From Candidatus Hydrogenedentota bacterium (GTDB taxonomy: Bacteria; Hydrogenedentota; Hydrogenedentia; Hydrogenedentales; SLHB01): a stretch of 64,000 bases of DNA. The stretch spans positions 2,698 through 66,697 of the forward strand of contig JACRLJ010000056.1 of the NCBI GenBank assembly GCA_016215105.1. Reading direction: 5' to 3'. Shown piece by piece: positions 42,400-52,078 of the stretch; the stretch's first letter is position 1, and each line of letters begins with the position of its first letter. The notes below the pieces were generated by a model. It was not told the DNA's origin. It made no database searches and worked only from the letters and a program-made list of their open reading frames with translations. The position numbers and the translations under genes are program-made.

Positions 42400-43130
42400 A
42401 GCAACGACGGGCCGCCATCGATTCGCTGCTTTCTACCACGGACGCGCTTCGCCGCGAAGTGTCCGCCATGCGCTTCGGTTCGCCCGTAACCCACGTCTAC
42501 AATCCGCTTGACTACGCGCGGGCGCCGCACGAGCAGTACTTGCGCCGCTACGGGCAAGCCCCAAAGGAAATCGTTCTGGTTGGCATGAATCCCGGACCCT
42601 GGGGCATGGCGCAAACCGGTGTGCCTTTCGGTGAGGTCAGATTGGTCCGCGACTGGCTCGGCATAGACGCGCCCGTCAACCATCCCGATCCCGAACACCC
42701 TGTGCGTCCCATCACGGGTTTTGCCTGCGCACGCAGCGAAGTGAGCGGCGCCCGGCTCTGGGGCTGGGCCCGCGCCCGTTTCCATGCCCCGGAATGTTTC
42801 TTCAAACGCTTCTTCATCGTGAACTACTGCCCCCTCTGTTTCATGGAATCGAGCGGCCGCAACTTCACGCCCGACAAACTCCCGGCGCGCGAACGCGAGC
42901 CCCTTATCGCTGCGTGTGACCGCGCATTGCGCGACATAATCACGCATTTCCGGCCACGCTATGTTATTGGTGTCGGTCACTTCGCGGAAGCTCGCGCCCG
43001 CGCCGCCTTAACCGGCATGGCCCCGATCATCGGACGAATTCCGCATCCCAGCCCCGCTAGTCCCGCCGCCAACCGCGGCTGGGCCGAAGCCGCCGAAACG
43101 GCACTGACCGCGCTCGGAATCTCCGTGTAG
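42396..43130 (+). CDS. SMUG1-family uracil-DNA glycosylase
   Basis: GMNPGPWGMAQTGVPFG motif, nearly identical to the SMUG1 active-site motif GMNPGPFGMAQTGVPFG. 244 aa. Confidence 0.75.
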   Translation: MKQRRAAIDSLLSTTDALRREVSAMRFGSPVTHVYNPLDYARAPHEQYLRRYGQAPKEIVLVGMNPGPWGMAQTGVPFGEVRLVRDWLGIDAPVNHPDPEHPVRPITGFACARSEVSGARLWGWARARFHAPECFFKRFFIVNYCPLCFMESSGRNFTPDKLPAREREPLIAACDRALRDIITHFRPRYVIGVGHFAEARARAALTGMAPIIGRIPHPSPASPAANRGWAEAAETALTALGISV

Positions 43131-43307
43131 CCGGCGCGCCAGGCGCTTTCAGCGAAAGCGCCCCACCCCACGCGCCCCATCCCGTGGACGACGGGGTAGG
43201 GACGTTTTGCCAAAACGTCCCCGCGCGACGATCTGCACATTGTCCCGGCCCGCACTCGTCGTGTATCCTGTACACAATTGACCGCACGTATCGAAAGGAA
43301 TCCAATC

Positions 43308-43814
43308 ATGAGCAATCCCCAGGTTGATGTCTACGTGTCCCTGCTCGAAACCTGCGTCGCAGACACGCTCAGGGTTGCCGGCGCGGTCCGTCCCGCGGAT
43401 CGGCTTATCCAACTGAAGCCAGGCAAGGCCCATCCGATGTGGCTCGTCGGGCATCTCACTAATACCCTCAATACCGTCATCCTGCAATGGGTGTTGGCCG
43501 AGGAAAGCGAACTCACGCGTGAATTCGGCAAGAAATTCGCCCCCGATTTCGCCAATGGCGATCCGATTACCGCGAATGCGGCTGACTATCCTTCGTGGGA
43601 TGAAGTCATCGGCCTCTATGGAAAACTCGGAGACTGTGTAATCGAAAGATTGAAGAAGCTTCGCGACAGCGACTTGCCACTGCCTCTCAAAGGACCGATT
43701 CCCGAAGCTCGCCGCGATATCTTCAAGTCCAACCAAATTACCTTGGCCCGAATGGTTGGTCACGACTCTTATCATCGCGGCCAGATCGGCCTCTTGTCGA
43801 AAATCAACCCCTGA
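43308..43814 (+). CDS. DinB/YfiT-like (DinB_2) putative metal-dependent hydrolase
   Basis: His-rich four-helix pattern (WLVGHL...HDSYHRGQIGLL). Confidence 0.55.
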   Translation: MSNPQVDVYVSLLETCVADTLRVAGAVRPADRLIQLKPGKAHPMWLVGHLTNTLNTVILQWVLAEESELTREFGKKFAPDFANGDPITANAADYPSWDEVIGLYGKLGDCVIERLKKLRDSDLPLPLKGPIPEARRDIFKSNQITLARMVGHDSYHRGQIGLLSKINP

Positions 43815-43870
43815 CAATGATTTCACAACACTCTTCGACATCTCTCGTCGATGCGAGTTAGCCCATCGAT

Positions 43871-45058
43871 ATGAGCGAACCACGCCAATCCGACGAGAAG
43901 GTGCTTCTCTTCTGTCTGTCCTGGTTCTTCTACAACTTCAGCTACTGGGCGGTTATGTCCTACCTACCCATACACCTGAAGGAAATCGGCTACACCCGCC
44001 CCGACGTCGGCTACTGCATGGCCATACCGCAATTCATCGCGCTGTGCGCTGTTGTTCCTTTCGGTTATTTCTCCGACCGCTTTGCGGCGCGTCGGCTATC
44101 TCAAGTTGGTATCGGCTTGATGGCGTTGTGGACCGTCGCCCTGGCGCTTCTGCCCAAAGGTCCCGCGTTGACCGCCTCCTTCGCATTTGCCGGCGCGGGT
44201 TCCACGCTGCACCTCGTCGCGTTCAACGCGCTCTTCCTGAAACACCTCACTCCTGAAACCAAGGGACGCAAAGTCGGAGCCTTCGTCTTCGCCGAGTTCT
44301 TCGGCTACTCGCTCGGGCCCATGGCCGGTCCCGCCGCGCTCAAGGCGCTCGGTCTCGCCGATACCCTTTCCTCCGTCTACTTCTACGGCGCCGCCGCAGG
44401 CTTTGCCGCTGCGCTCATCGTTACGCTGTTCTTGCGCGACGCCGAGCGCCTGCCCTTCCATCTCTCCGAATACGTGGACGACCTACGCTCGGGGTCAGGC
44501 CGTCTGATCGTTGGGATCTTGCTCATGTACGCTTTTCACTTCGGAGCGGAGCAAGCGTTCTACCCCGCGCTCATGCGCGAACAGTGCGGCCTGGACCAAC
44601 TTGGCGTCGGGGAAGTCTTCGCATACTCCGGGGTCCTCATCGCCGCCACGGCCTTCTGGTCTGGAGGCCTGTTTGACCGTCGCAAGAAATTCTTCACTAC
44701 CATGGCCATCGCGATGATCTTCAGTGGGGCGTTTCAAGCATTCACCGGGGCAGGTCATTCCTTCTGGCAAATGATCGGCATTCGCACCCCGCACGTGATC
44801 GCCGACGGTGTCCTCAACTGCTACGTCACCTTATTCGTCGCAACGGCGTTTCCGCAGCACCGCCTCGGCGGCAACTACGGCTTTGTTAATGCGGTGCGAA
44901 CGATCTCGATCTTCCTTGGCGCTGTTGCCAGCGGCCACTTAGTACAGGGCGGAGGACTCCCCATGCCTTTCTACGTAACAGGCCTGGTTTGCGCCGGGGC
45001 GGGCGCCATCCTCCTTTTCTTCCGCCCCCAACTCAAGCGCGTGATGGCGGAAACCTAG
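43871..45058 (+). CDS. MFS transporter
   Basis: 12 predicted TM. MFS motif GYFSDRFAARR between TM2 and TM3. Confidence 0.75.
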   Translation: MSEPRQSDEKVLLFCLSWFFYNFSYWAVMSYLPIHLKEIGYTRPDVGYCMAIPQFIALCAVVPFGYFSDRFAARRLSQVGIGLMALWTVALALLPKGPALTASFAFAGAGSTLHLVAFNALFLKHLTPETKGRKVGAFVFAEFFGYSLGPMAGPAALKALGLADTLSSVYFYGAAAGFAAALIVTLFLRDAERLPFHLSEYVDDLRSGSGRLIVGILLMYAFHFGAEQAFYPALMREQCGLDQLGVGEVFAYSGVLIAATAFWSGGLFDRRKKFFTTMAIAMIFSGAFQAFTGAGHSFWQMIGIRTPHVIADGVLNCYVTLFVATAFPQHRLGGNYGFVNAVRTISIFLGAVASGHLVQGGGLPMPFYVTGLVCAGAGAILLFFRPQLKRVMAET

Positions 45059-45111
45059 CGTCGCAACCCCTTTATCCCGAGTGTGATACCATGGCTAAAA
45101 TCGTGTTGGAG

Positions 45112-45140
45112 TTGCTTTTCGTGTGTAACTTAGTTACAAT
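45112..45140 (+). promoter_or_regulatory. sigma70-like promoter TTGCTT-N17-TACAAT with embedded operator palindrome TGTAAC-N3-GTTACA
   Basis: Seen directly in an AT-rich stretch immediately upstream of the DUF4258 toxin gene. The palindrome overlaps the -10 element, the typical TA autoregulation layout. Confidence 0.45.
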
Positions 45141-45473
45141 ATGGGTCGGCGTTGGCTAATGAGAGAAGAACGGACGGCTAAGTGTAGCGAGCTTCTGGCA
45201 GAGGTCCGGCGACGCGTTGAACGAGGTGATTACCTCGAAACTATGCATGCTCAAGCACAAATGGCTGATCGAGGGATCACTACCATCGAAACGCAGTACG
45301 TGCTGAAACTCGGCTACCATGAGAAGAAGAAAGACTCCTATGCTGAGCGGTTTGGGGCCTGGAACTATGCAATCCGGGGTTTCACGTTGGACGGCGAGAA
45401 GGAGTTGCGCGTCGTAGTAACTTTGAATCCCGAGGGAGTGCTTGTGATTACCGCCATCGATTTGGCGAAGTGA
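45141..45473 (+). CDS. DUF4258-family toxin (type II TA candidate)
   Basis: YLETMHAQAQMADRGITTIETQYVLKLG matches the DUF4258 signature (THA..RM.ERGI). Low local GC. The true start is probably the internal Met at 45159. Confidence 0.55.
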   Translation: MGRRWLMREERTAKCSELLAEVRRRVERGDYLETMHAQAQMADRGITTIETQYVLKLGYHEKKKDSYAERFGAWNYAIRGFTLDGEKELRVVVTLNPEGVLVITAIDLAK

Positions 45474-45474
45474 G

Positions 45475-45939
45475 GTGTTGTACGTGCGCGCAAGAATCAT
45501 GAAAGAGTACGTCTATTGCGGTTTCGGTTTTCCGATTACGCTGCGAAATGTAAAGATCACTCAAGTAAATGGTGAGGATGTGCCACATATCGACTACGCT
45601 AAGCTACGCAAGACGGTTCTGGAGTTGTTGGCAAGAAAACCGTCACGTCTGATCGGAAAAGAGGTCCGATTTGTCCGCCAATGTCTGGAAATGCCGCTGA
45701 CCGAATTCGGCGAGCATTTTGGCGTCTCCCATGTTGCCGTCAAGAAATGGGAGAGCAAATCCGACTGCGTCACGGAAATGTCTTGGTCGGCCGAAAAGGA
45801 CTTGCGCATGTTCATCTTGCGAAAGCTAGGGAAGTCTCCGGAAGCGATTATTTCTCTGTACGACCTGCTCAAAACAAAATACCCCAATACTGTTCCGGCG
45901 AGACCTAAGATAACTAACAGAACGTTGGCGCTGTCCTAA
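45475..45939 (+). CDS. MqsA/YgiT-like HTH antitoxin candidate (degenerate zinc finger + XRE HTH)
   Basis: C-terminal HTH (LIGKEVRFVRQCLEMPLTEFGEHFGVSHVAVKKWES). 2-nt spacing after the toxin gene. Confidence 0.45.
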   Translation: MLYVRARIMKEYVYCGFGFPITLRNVKITQVNGEDVPHIDYAKLRKTVLELLARKPSRLIGKEVRFVRQCLEMPLTEFGEHFGVSHVAVKKWESKSDCVTEMSWSAEKDLRMFILRKLGKSPEAIISLYDLLKTKYPNTVPARPKITNRTLALS

Positions 45940-45968
45940 GCTGCCTCCTATACCCAAGATCGGACCCC

Positions 45969-46823
45969 ATGGAACAATCGCTCTACGACATTTGCCACCA
46001 ATACGACATTCGCTTCAAGAAGTCGCTGGGACAGAATCTGCTTCTCGACGATAACATCAATCGCATCATGGTGGATGCCGCCGAACTCACGCCCGAAACC
46101 GACGTCATCGAAGTGGGCGCCGGTCTTGGCGCGCTGACCAGCCGCCTTTACAAACAGGCCCGCCGCGTTCTTGCCGTCGAAATCGACCGCGCATTCATGC
46201 CCGTCCTCGAAGACCGATTCGGAGAGATCGAGAATATTCATCTGTTCCGGGGTGATATCCTTAATCACAGTCTCCCCAAGCTGCTCGATGAATACATTCC
46301 CGGCGCAACGAAGTTGGCCATGGTCTCCAATCTTCCCTATTACATCACCACGCCCATTCTCTTTCACTTTTGGGGTGCGCCGATCTTCTTCTCGCACATG
46401 GTCGTCATGGTGCAGGAAGAAGTCGGTGAACGCATGGTCGCGGCTGTCGACTCCGCGGACTATGGCGTGCTCGCTCTCGCCGCGCGCCTCCACTCCGAAG
46501 TGGACATTGTCCACCGCGTCCCGCGTACGTGCTTCAAACCTGAGCCCAAAGTGGACAGTTGCATCGTACGCCTGCGAAACCGCCAAACACCCCTGTTCCC
46601 GGACCTGGACATCAAATTCCTTACACGGGTCATCCGTGCCGCTTTTGCCCAGCGCCGGAAAACCCTGCGAAACACACTGACCCGCACGGGAGAGTTCGGC
46701 GCTCCGAAAGAAGCGGTACTGGAAGCCTTCGAGGCGACTGGAATCGACCCAGGACGCCGCCCCCAAACCCTTACCCTGGAAGAGTTTGCGTCGATGGCGC
46801 GCGAGATTCGCGCACGGATATAA
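45969..46823 (+). CDS. rsmA: 16S rRNA (adenine1518/1519-N6)-dimethyltransferase
   Basis: KSLGQNLLLDDN, VIEVGAGLGALT SAM motif, NLPYYITTPI motif of KsgA/RsmA. Confidence 0.85.
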   Translation: MEQSLYDICHQYDIRFKKSLGQNLLLDDNINRIMVDAAELTPETDVIEVGAGLGALTSRLYKQARRVLAVEIDRAFMPVLEDRFGEIENIHLFRGDILNHSLPKLLDEYIPGATKLAMVSNLPYYITTPILFHFWGAPIFFSHMVVMVQEEVGERMVAAVDSADYGVLALAARLHSEVDIVHRVPRTCFKPEPKVDSCIVRLRNRQTPLFPDLDIKFLTRVIRAAFAQRRKTLRNTLTRTGEFGAPKEAVLEAFEATGIDPGRRPQTLTLEEFASMAREIRARI

Positions 46824-47010
46824 TGTACGGCCGTTGAATACTGGCGAGATTCATCCCACGAAGCATCGCTGCGCGGGGCAGCGCCCGAGACATTGTTGGC
46901 GGTATTCGCCAAAACCCGTCAATTGTGGTAAATATAAAGGGGCCTCACGAAGCGCGCCGCAACGGGCGCGCCGTTCCTTGTACACTACGGCGTAAGGAAG
47001 CTGGATATAT

Positions 47011-48105
47011 ATGGCCGATACCCGACCACGAACGAAAGCAACGCGCGCCTCGACAACTCGCAAGAAGCCACACTCGATCGCGGAGCAGGCGCTTGCGAGT
47101 CTCACCAGCGGTGTAATCGCCATGGACGCCGACGGTGTCGTCCTATACGCCAACAACGCCGCCACCCTGTTTCTCGGTATGCGCCTGCCCGTCGGAACGC
47201 GGTTGAGCGATCTGCCTGCCGTATCCCCGTTGCTCGAGGTGGTGCGCGAGATCATGGACTCCAGAAGCCCTGTCAGCCGCCGCGAAGTGCATATCGTAAC
47301 CCTGGATGGGGCAAGGAAGGAGATTGGACTTTCGGCGTCCCTACTCGAAGGACCGAGTGATTTCAACGGTGTTATTCTGCTGTTCACCGACATGACCGAG
47401 CGCCGCGCATTGGAGCGGTCCGCCGAGTTGAATCGTCAACTCGCCCAAATTGGGGAGCTCACCGCCGGAGTCGTTCACGAACTGCGCAATCCCGTCAGCG
47501 TTGTGAGCGGCATGTCCGAACTCCTACTCCGAAAACTGGAGGCTGGCGACGACCGTCGGGACATCGCCGACGCGATTTTCCAGGAGGCCAGGAATCTGGA
47601 AGAGTCCATCGCGCAATTTCTCGGTTTCGCGCGGCCGTTCGAGTTGGAGCTGTCGTATTGCACGCCCGACGCCATTGTTCGGCGCGCAACGCAATTGTGT
47701 CAACGGCAAGCCGAAAAGAAACCGGCCAGGCTCGAAGCGATCATCGAAGACGATCTGCCGGAAATGCGCGCCGATCTCAGCCGGGCCGCCCAGGCTATCG
47801 CCAATCTGATCAGCAACGCCATTGACGCCGTGAACCCGGACGGATGGGTTCAGGTCAGCGCCCGCCGTGATGATAGTTCCATCGTGTTCGAGGTCATGGA
47901 CAACGGCCCCGGTATACATCTGAACCCGAACGAAGATCTGTTTTCGCCCTTTTTCACCAAGAAGGAAAGCGGCACGGGGCTGGGCCTGTCTATTGTTCAC
48001 CGTGTCATTACCGCTCACGGCGGCACGGTGAGCTACGTCAACCGTCCCGAAGGCGGAGCCTGCTTCACCGTCCGTCTGCCCATCGAGAGGGAAGCCCTTG
48101 CCTGA
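47011..48105 (+). CDS. cytoplasmic PAS-domain sensor histidine kinase
   Basis: H-box VHELRNPVS. N, G1 (DNGPGI) and G2 (GTGLGLSIV) boxes. No TM. Confidence 0.8.
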   Translation: MADTRPRTKATRASTTRKKPHSIAEQALASLTSGVIAMDADGVVLYANNAATLFLGMRLPVGTRLSDLPAVSPLLEVVREIMDSRSPVSRREVHIVTLDGARKEIGLSASLLEGPSDFNGVILLFTDMTERRALERSAELNRQLAQIGELTAGVVHELRNPVSVVSGMSELLLRKLEAGDDRRDIADAIFQEARNLEESIAQFLGFARPFELELSYCTPDAIVRRATQLCQRQAEKKPARLEAIIEDDLPEMRADLSRAAQAIANLISNAIDAVNPDGWVQVSARRDDSSIVFEVMDNGPGIHLNPNEDLFSPFFTKKESGTGLGLSIVHRVITAHGGTVSYVNRPEGGACFTVRLPIEREALA

Positions 48106-48889
48106 CCAACGAGGCCAACCCGCCGCGAAGCAACTGGAATTCCACTGGGAAAGCCGGCGCGAAAGCGCTTCGGAAGTGGCCCCCGAATCGGCGGCTTCGG
48201 CGCCGCGCGATACGGCGTCATTGCGCCGGGATCTCGAAAACCAAACCGGTCTGACCATTCAATTGACGATTACCGACAATACGTCTACTCTGATGACCGT
48301 GCGCAGGGATAGCGCCAAAGCGCACGCCACGCTTCGACTCCATCGCATGTTTCTTCAAGCCCACGGCCCCGCGCTTAACGCGCTGGCGGCGTGGGTCAAG
48401 AACCCCCGCCAACACGCGCGCAACCCGATGCTCGGAGCCTTCATGCGCGATAACCGGCTGCAGATCCGAAAGCGTACTGACTCCGCCGTCGAACTCCGTA
48501 CGCGCGGGACGCAGTACGACCTCCAAGAGCTGTTCGACGAAGTGAATAGCGCCCAGTTCGCTGGCAAGATTCAAGCGAAGATCACCTGGGGACGGATGCC
48601 CGCGTCGCGCCGCCGCCGCCGATCAATCCGATTCGGGAGCTATCTCGCTGAAGAAGATCTCATTCGCATCCACCCGCTCCTCGATCAGGACTTCGTGCCC
48701 AGGTACTTCATCCGCTACATCGTATTCCACGAGATGTTGCACGCGGATGTCGGCATCAAAACGTCGTCCTCGGGACGCCGCGACGTCCACTCACCCGAAT
48801 TCACCCGGCGCGAAAAGGCCTACCCTGATTACGCGCGCGCGGTCGCCTGGCAGGATCACCCTGCGCATCTGCGAAAACTGCTTCGTTAG
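48098..48889 (+). CDS. SprT-like zinc metallopeptidase domain protein
   Basis: SprT-like pattern ...FAGKIQAKITWGRM...IRFGSYL...YIVFHEMLHADVG with HExxH. Overlaps the HK stop by 8 nt. Confidence 0.55.
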   Translation: MPDQRGQPAAKQLEFHWESRRESASEVAPESAASAPRDTASLRRDLENQTGLTIQLTITDNTSTLMTVRRDSAKAHATLRLHRMFLQAHGPALNALAAWVKNPRQHARNPMLGAFMRDNRLQIRKRTDSAVELRTRGTQYDLQELFDEVNSAQFAGKIQAKITWGRMPASRRRRRSIRFGSYLAEEDLIRIHPLLDQDFVPRYFIRYIVFHEMLHADVGIKTSSSGRRDVHSPEFTRREKAYPDYARAVAWQDHPAHLRKLLR

Positions 48890-49387
48890 TTTTCGAGACG
48901 GCGTGGTGAATATCTGGCCTCGTGCGGCGCCGTCACCATGAGCGAAATAGCGCGTCCGCGTCTACAACTGTCGAAATATCACCCATTGAATAGAAATTAC
49001 TATACTGTTAGTACAGGGTGTTTGGAGTATATACATCCCTAGCACTCTTCTCGCCAAAACGCCCGCTTTGAGATTCCGGGTTTTCCCGCGAAGCCGCGCG
49101 CAATCTACGTAGTTTTATCCCCGGCTCGCGATCACGTGTAACGTCTTCCACGCAAGTCAGTACAGTTGCCCGGATGAGTGAGAGATGCGGCGGCGTGTGA
49201 CTGCGATGATTTCGATTCGAAACGCGGAAAACGCCAAGTCCTGTGTTGCTAAGGAAGAACCCTCGCGCAATAACTGGAAAGGAGAATGGCGCGGAATCGT
49301 GCATTTTTCGTCTCACACAAGCAAATGAATGTAGCATCGCGGCGCCTTCGCTTCGCACGTGAGCGGACGCGACCGGGGAGAAGTACA

Positions 49388-50713
49388 ATGAAACAATCGA
49401 GTTCCTTCGTTTTTCCGTTAACACTCGCCGTATTGGTGGCCGTTCTGGGGACTGGCTGCCCGAATCAGTTGTCGCAACTTTCTGCGCTCTCGGATTCGTC
49501 GCGATCGCATTCTGACTCAGATTCACATTCTGACTCAGATTCAGACTCGCATCCGGCCCCAGATCCCACTCCGACTCCGGCGCCGGCCCCCTCAAGCGCC
49601 GCTTACGTCGTGCTCGCGCACAACGACCTCGGCATGCACTGTATGAACGAGGACTTCTCGGAGTTCATGATCTTGCCGCCGTACAATACGGTGCGCGCGC
49701 AGGTCATCCGTCGTGGTGAGGAACCGAAGATAATCACCAGCGGAGTCCAGGTCGACTACGTAATTCCGTCAAACACGACCTCTGTGAATAAGACGAATTT
49801 CTGGACCTACGCCCTGGACTTGTTTGGTGTTACGTTACCCCCGGACGTGGGTTTGACTGGAAACGGTCTCAAGGGCCCCATGGCCGCTGAACCCGCGGCG
49901 GGCGACTGGGTCGTAACCGGAATCCCGGTGACTCCAATCAATGATGAGAATCAGCTTGACCCATATCCGTTGGCGACGATTTCCGCCACAAAGAATGGCC
50001 AGAAACTTGCCAGCAGCCAGGCCGTCGTTCCGGTCTCGTGGGAGATCAGTTGCGACATCTGTCACAGCACTCCGGGGATCTCTGTCGCTACAGACATCCT
50101 GCGCGCGCACGACCGCATGCACGGAACCGCCCTCGAAACTCAGAAGCCCGTGGTATGCGGCTCGTGCCATGCGCAGCCTCCGCTCGGCCTAACCGGCGTC
50201 CAAGGTGTGCCAAGTCTTTCGAGCGCGATGCACTCCGCCCACGCGTCCCGTATGGCGGTGGCGAACCTCGCCGTCGATTGCTACGCCTGCCATCCGGGCT
50301 TTAAGACGCAATGTCTGCGCGATATTCACTTCAAGAAGGGCCTCGACTGCGTTGACTGCCACGGCGGAATGCAACAAGTCGGCGACCCGTCCCGCCAGTC
50401 CTGGCAGGACGAGCCTCGCTGCGGCGATTGCCATAACAAGAAGGGCCACGAATACGAACAGACCAACACACTGTTCCGCAATTCCAAAGGCCACCACGGT
50501 GTGAGTTGTTCCTCGTGCCACGGCAGTCCGCACGCGATAACGCCCACAGTGAACGCGCAGGACAATGTTCAAGCCATTGCGCTCCAAGGACACGCCGGAA
50601 CGATCGATACCTGTACCGTCTGCCACACCATGAAGCCGGACGATTCGTTCGACCATCGTTTCAGTGGCGGTGATAAGGCGGTTACGCAGGACGCATCCGA
50701 AGGAAACGCGTAG
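49388..50713 (+). CDS. multihaem c-type cytochrome lipoprotein (7 CxxCH)
   Basis: Lipobox LGTGC after the signal peptide. Ser/Asp repeat linker (SDSDSHSDSDSDS). Seven CxxCH motifs: CDICH, CGSCH, CYACH, CVDCH, CGDCH, CSSCH, CTVCH. Good RBS GGGGAGAAG. Confidence 0.8.
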   Translation: MKQSSSFVFPLTLAVLVAVLGTGCPNQLSQLSALSDSSRSHSDSDSHSDSDSDSHPAPDPTPTPAPAPSSAAYVVLAHNDLGMHCMNEDFSEFMILPPYNTVRAQVIRRGEEPKIITSGVQVDYVIPSNTTSVNKTNFWTYALDLFGVTLPPDVGLTGNGLKGPMAAEPAAGDWVVTGIPVTPINDENQLDPYPLATISATKNGQKLASSQAVVPVSWEISCDICHSTPGISVATDILRAHDRMHGTALETQKPVVCGSCHAQPPLGLTGVQGVPSLSSAMHSAHASRMAVANLAVDCYACHPGFKTQCLRDIHFKKGLDCVDCHGGMQQVGDPSRQSWQDEPRCGDCHNKKGHEYEQTNTLFRNSKGHHGVSCSSCHGSPHAITPTVNAQDNVQAIALQGHAGTIDTCTVCHTMKPDDSFDHRFSGGDKAVTQDASEGNA

Positions 50714-50796
50714 GCTCGGGCGCCTCAACCGGAATCCCGTAACCACACGCTGATATGCATGTACACGATGTGAGTTTGCAGGGCATACAATCGGAA

Positions 50797-50843
50797 CGGC
50801 CGGACGTCTCGCCGCAGGCGGCGCGTCCGGCCCTTCTGTTGTG
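50797..50843 (+). terminator. candidate intrinsic terminator after cytochrome gene
   Basis: GC-rich hairpin acggccggacg-[loop]-cgtccggccc followed by a TTCTGTTGTG tail. Confidence 0.4.
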
Positions 50844-51390
50844 ACACAACTGCAAGCTTGTCCCCTGCGGCGCCACGAGCATCCAATCGATGCCGCGCGC
50901 GTCGTTCGGGTGGGGAATCTGCGTTTTCGAACGACTTGGTAACCTTCACCTCGACGGCTGCATTGCGTTTTCCCGTCCATTCACCTAAAATCCACCTGCG
51001 AGGTGGCCGCGAAACCGTGAAGATGCGTGAAACTCGGTCGCGGAGGTCGCGGACCGGTCACCCTGGGGTGGATTCGGTGGAACCCCTCGTCTGGTACGAT
51101 ACCAAAGCACGTTGACCGCGTTCCCAGTCGCCGCGTGACCGGGCACGCATTGCGGCGCAAAAAAACCAGGGCGGGACGGCCGCAGCCGCCCAAACTACGG
51201 TGTGTGACTTCTTTGCCAGCAGGCCCCGCATACAAGAGGCTGGCCCAGAAGCCGAGGCGGACCGGTCGCAACTGTCCGAATTGTGGCATGACTTCTCTTT
51301 CGGCGGTATCCGCGCATTCCGCGCGGAAGAGCTCGGCCAAGAAGCTGCTTGCCATGGATTGTTAGGTCAGAATGCGTAGTTCTCATACTT

Positions 51391-51421
51391 TTGTGATGTT
51401 TCCTGATCTCGCTTGTATAAT
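51391..51421 (+). promoter_or_regulatory. candidate sigma70-like promoter TTGTGA-N19-TATAAT
   Basis: Perfect -10 hexamer ~70 nt upstream of the ECF sigma start. Spacer is suboptimal. Confidence 0.25.
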
Positions 51422-51490
51422 GCCTAGAATTCGACACGCGGTGGCGCGTTGGGCTCTGGGTTTATGCTCCCGCCCGAAAGGCGCCAGCCG

Positions 51491-52078
51491 ATGAGTTCCG
51501 ACGAGCGCTTGGACGAAGAGTTGATGGCCCTGGTGCGGAAGGGCGATCAATCGATATTCGCCGAGCTGGTGCGCCGATACCAAAACGATTTGTTTCGGTT
51601 TTGCCTGCACTATCTCAAAGACGTAGAACGCTCGAAGGAACTGACTCAAGAAGCATTTGTGCGCGTATACGTGGCGCGAGACCGATTCGACGACTCGCGC
51701 CGCTTTCGACCTTGGATACTGTGTATCGCCAGGAATCTTTGCCTGAATGAGATTAAACGCAAAAAGACAGTCCCGATGGAGTCTCTCGAGGAATACGCCA
51801 GTACAGCCCGAGAGGCCAGTGGCGAAATCCTGCGTTCGTCGAGCGACGGTCCCAGCGAAATGCTCGCCGCCGCGGAACGGCGGGAACTGCTTGTCAAAGC
51901 GCTCGATGGACTCGACTCGGATTCACGGGAAATTGTCACTCTGCGCTTTTTTGAACGGATGCAGGCCCGCGACATCGCGGAAATCGTTGGCAGCAGCGAA
52001 GGCGCCGTGCGAACCAAACTGCACCGCATACTCAAGTCGCTACGAGAAAAGTATCACGATTTACGGGAGCACGTGTGA
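51491..52078 (+). CDS. ECF-subfamily sigma-70 factor
   Basis: Region 2 (FRPWILCIARNLCLNEI) and region 4 (REIVTLRFFERMQARDIAEIVGSSEGAVRTKLHR). Confidence 0.8.
   Translation: MSSDERLDEELMALVRKGDQSIFAELVRRYQNDLFRFCLHYLKDVERSKELTQEAFVRVYVARDRFDDSRRFRPWILCIARNLCLNEIKRKKTVPMESLEEYASTAREASGEILRSSSDGPSEMLAAAERRELLVKALDGLDSDSREIVTLRFFERMQARDIAEIVGSSEGAVRTKLHRILKSLREKYHDLREHV

Noticed and set aside
43149-43883. 244-aa minus-strand ORF
   Set aside because: Antisense to the DinB-like and MFS gene starts. No motifs. Typical GC-rich shadow ORF.
45948-46766. 272-aa minus-strand ORF
   Set aside because: Antisense to the clearly conserved rsmA/ksgA gene. Shadow ORF.
50189-50980. 263-aa minus-strand ORF
   Set aside because: Antisense to the multihaem cytochrome gene. 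Arg/Ala-rich composition typical of GC-rich antisense frames.
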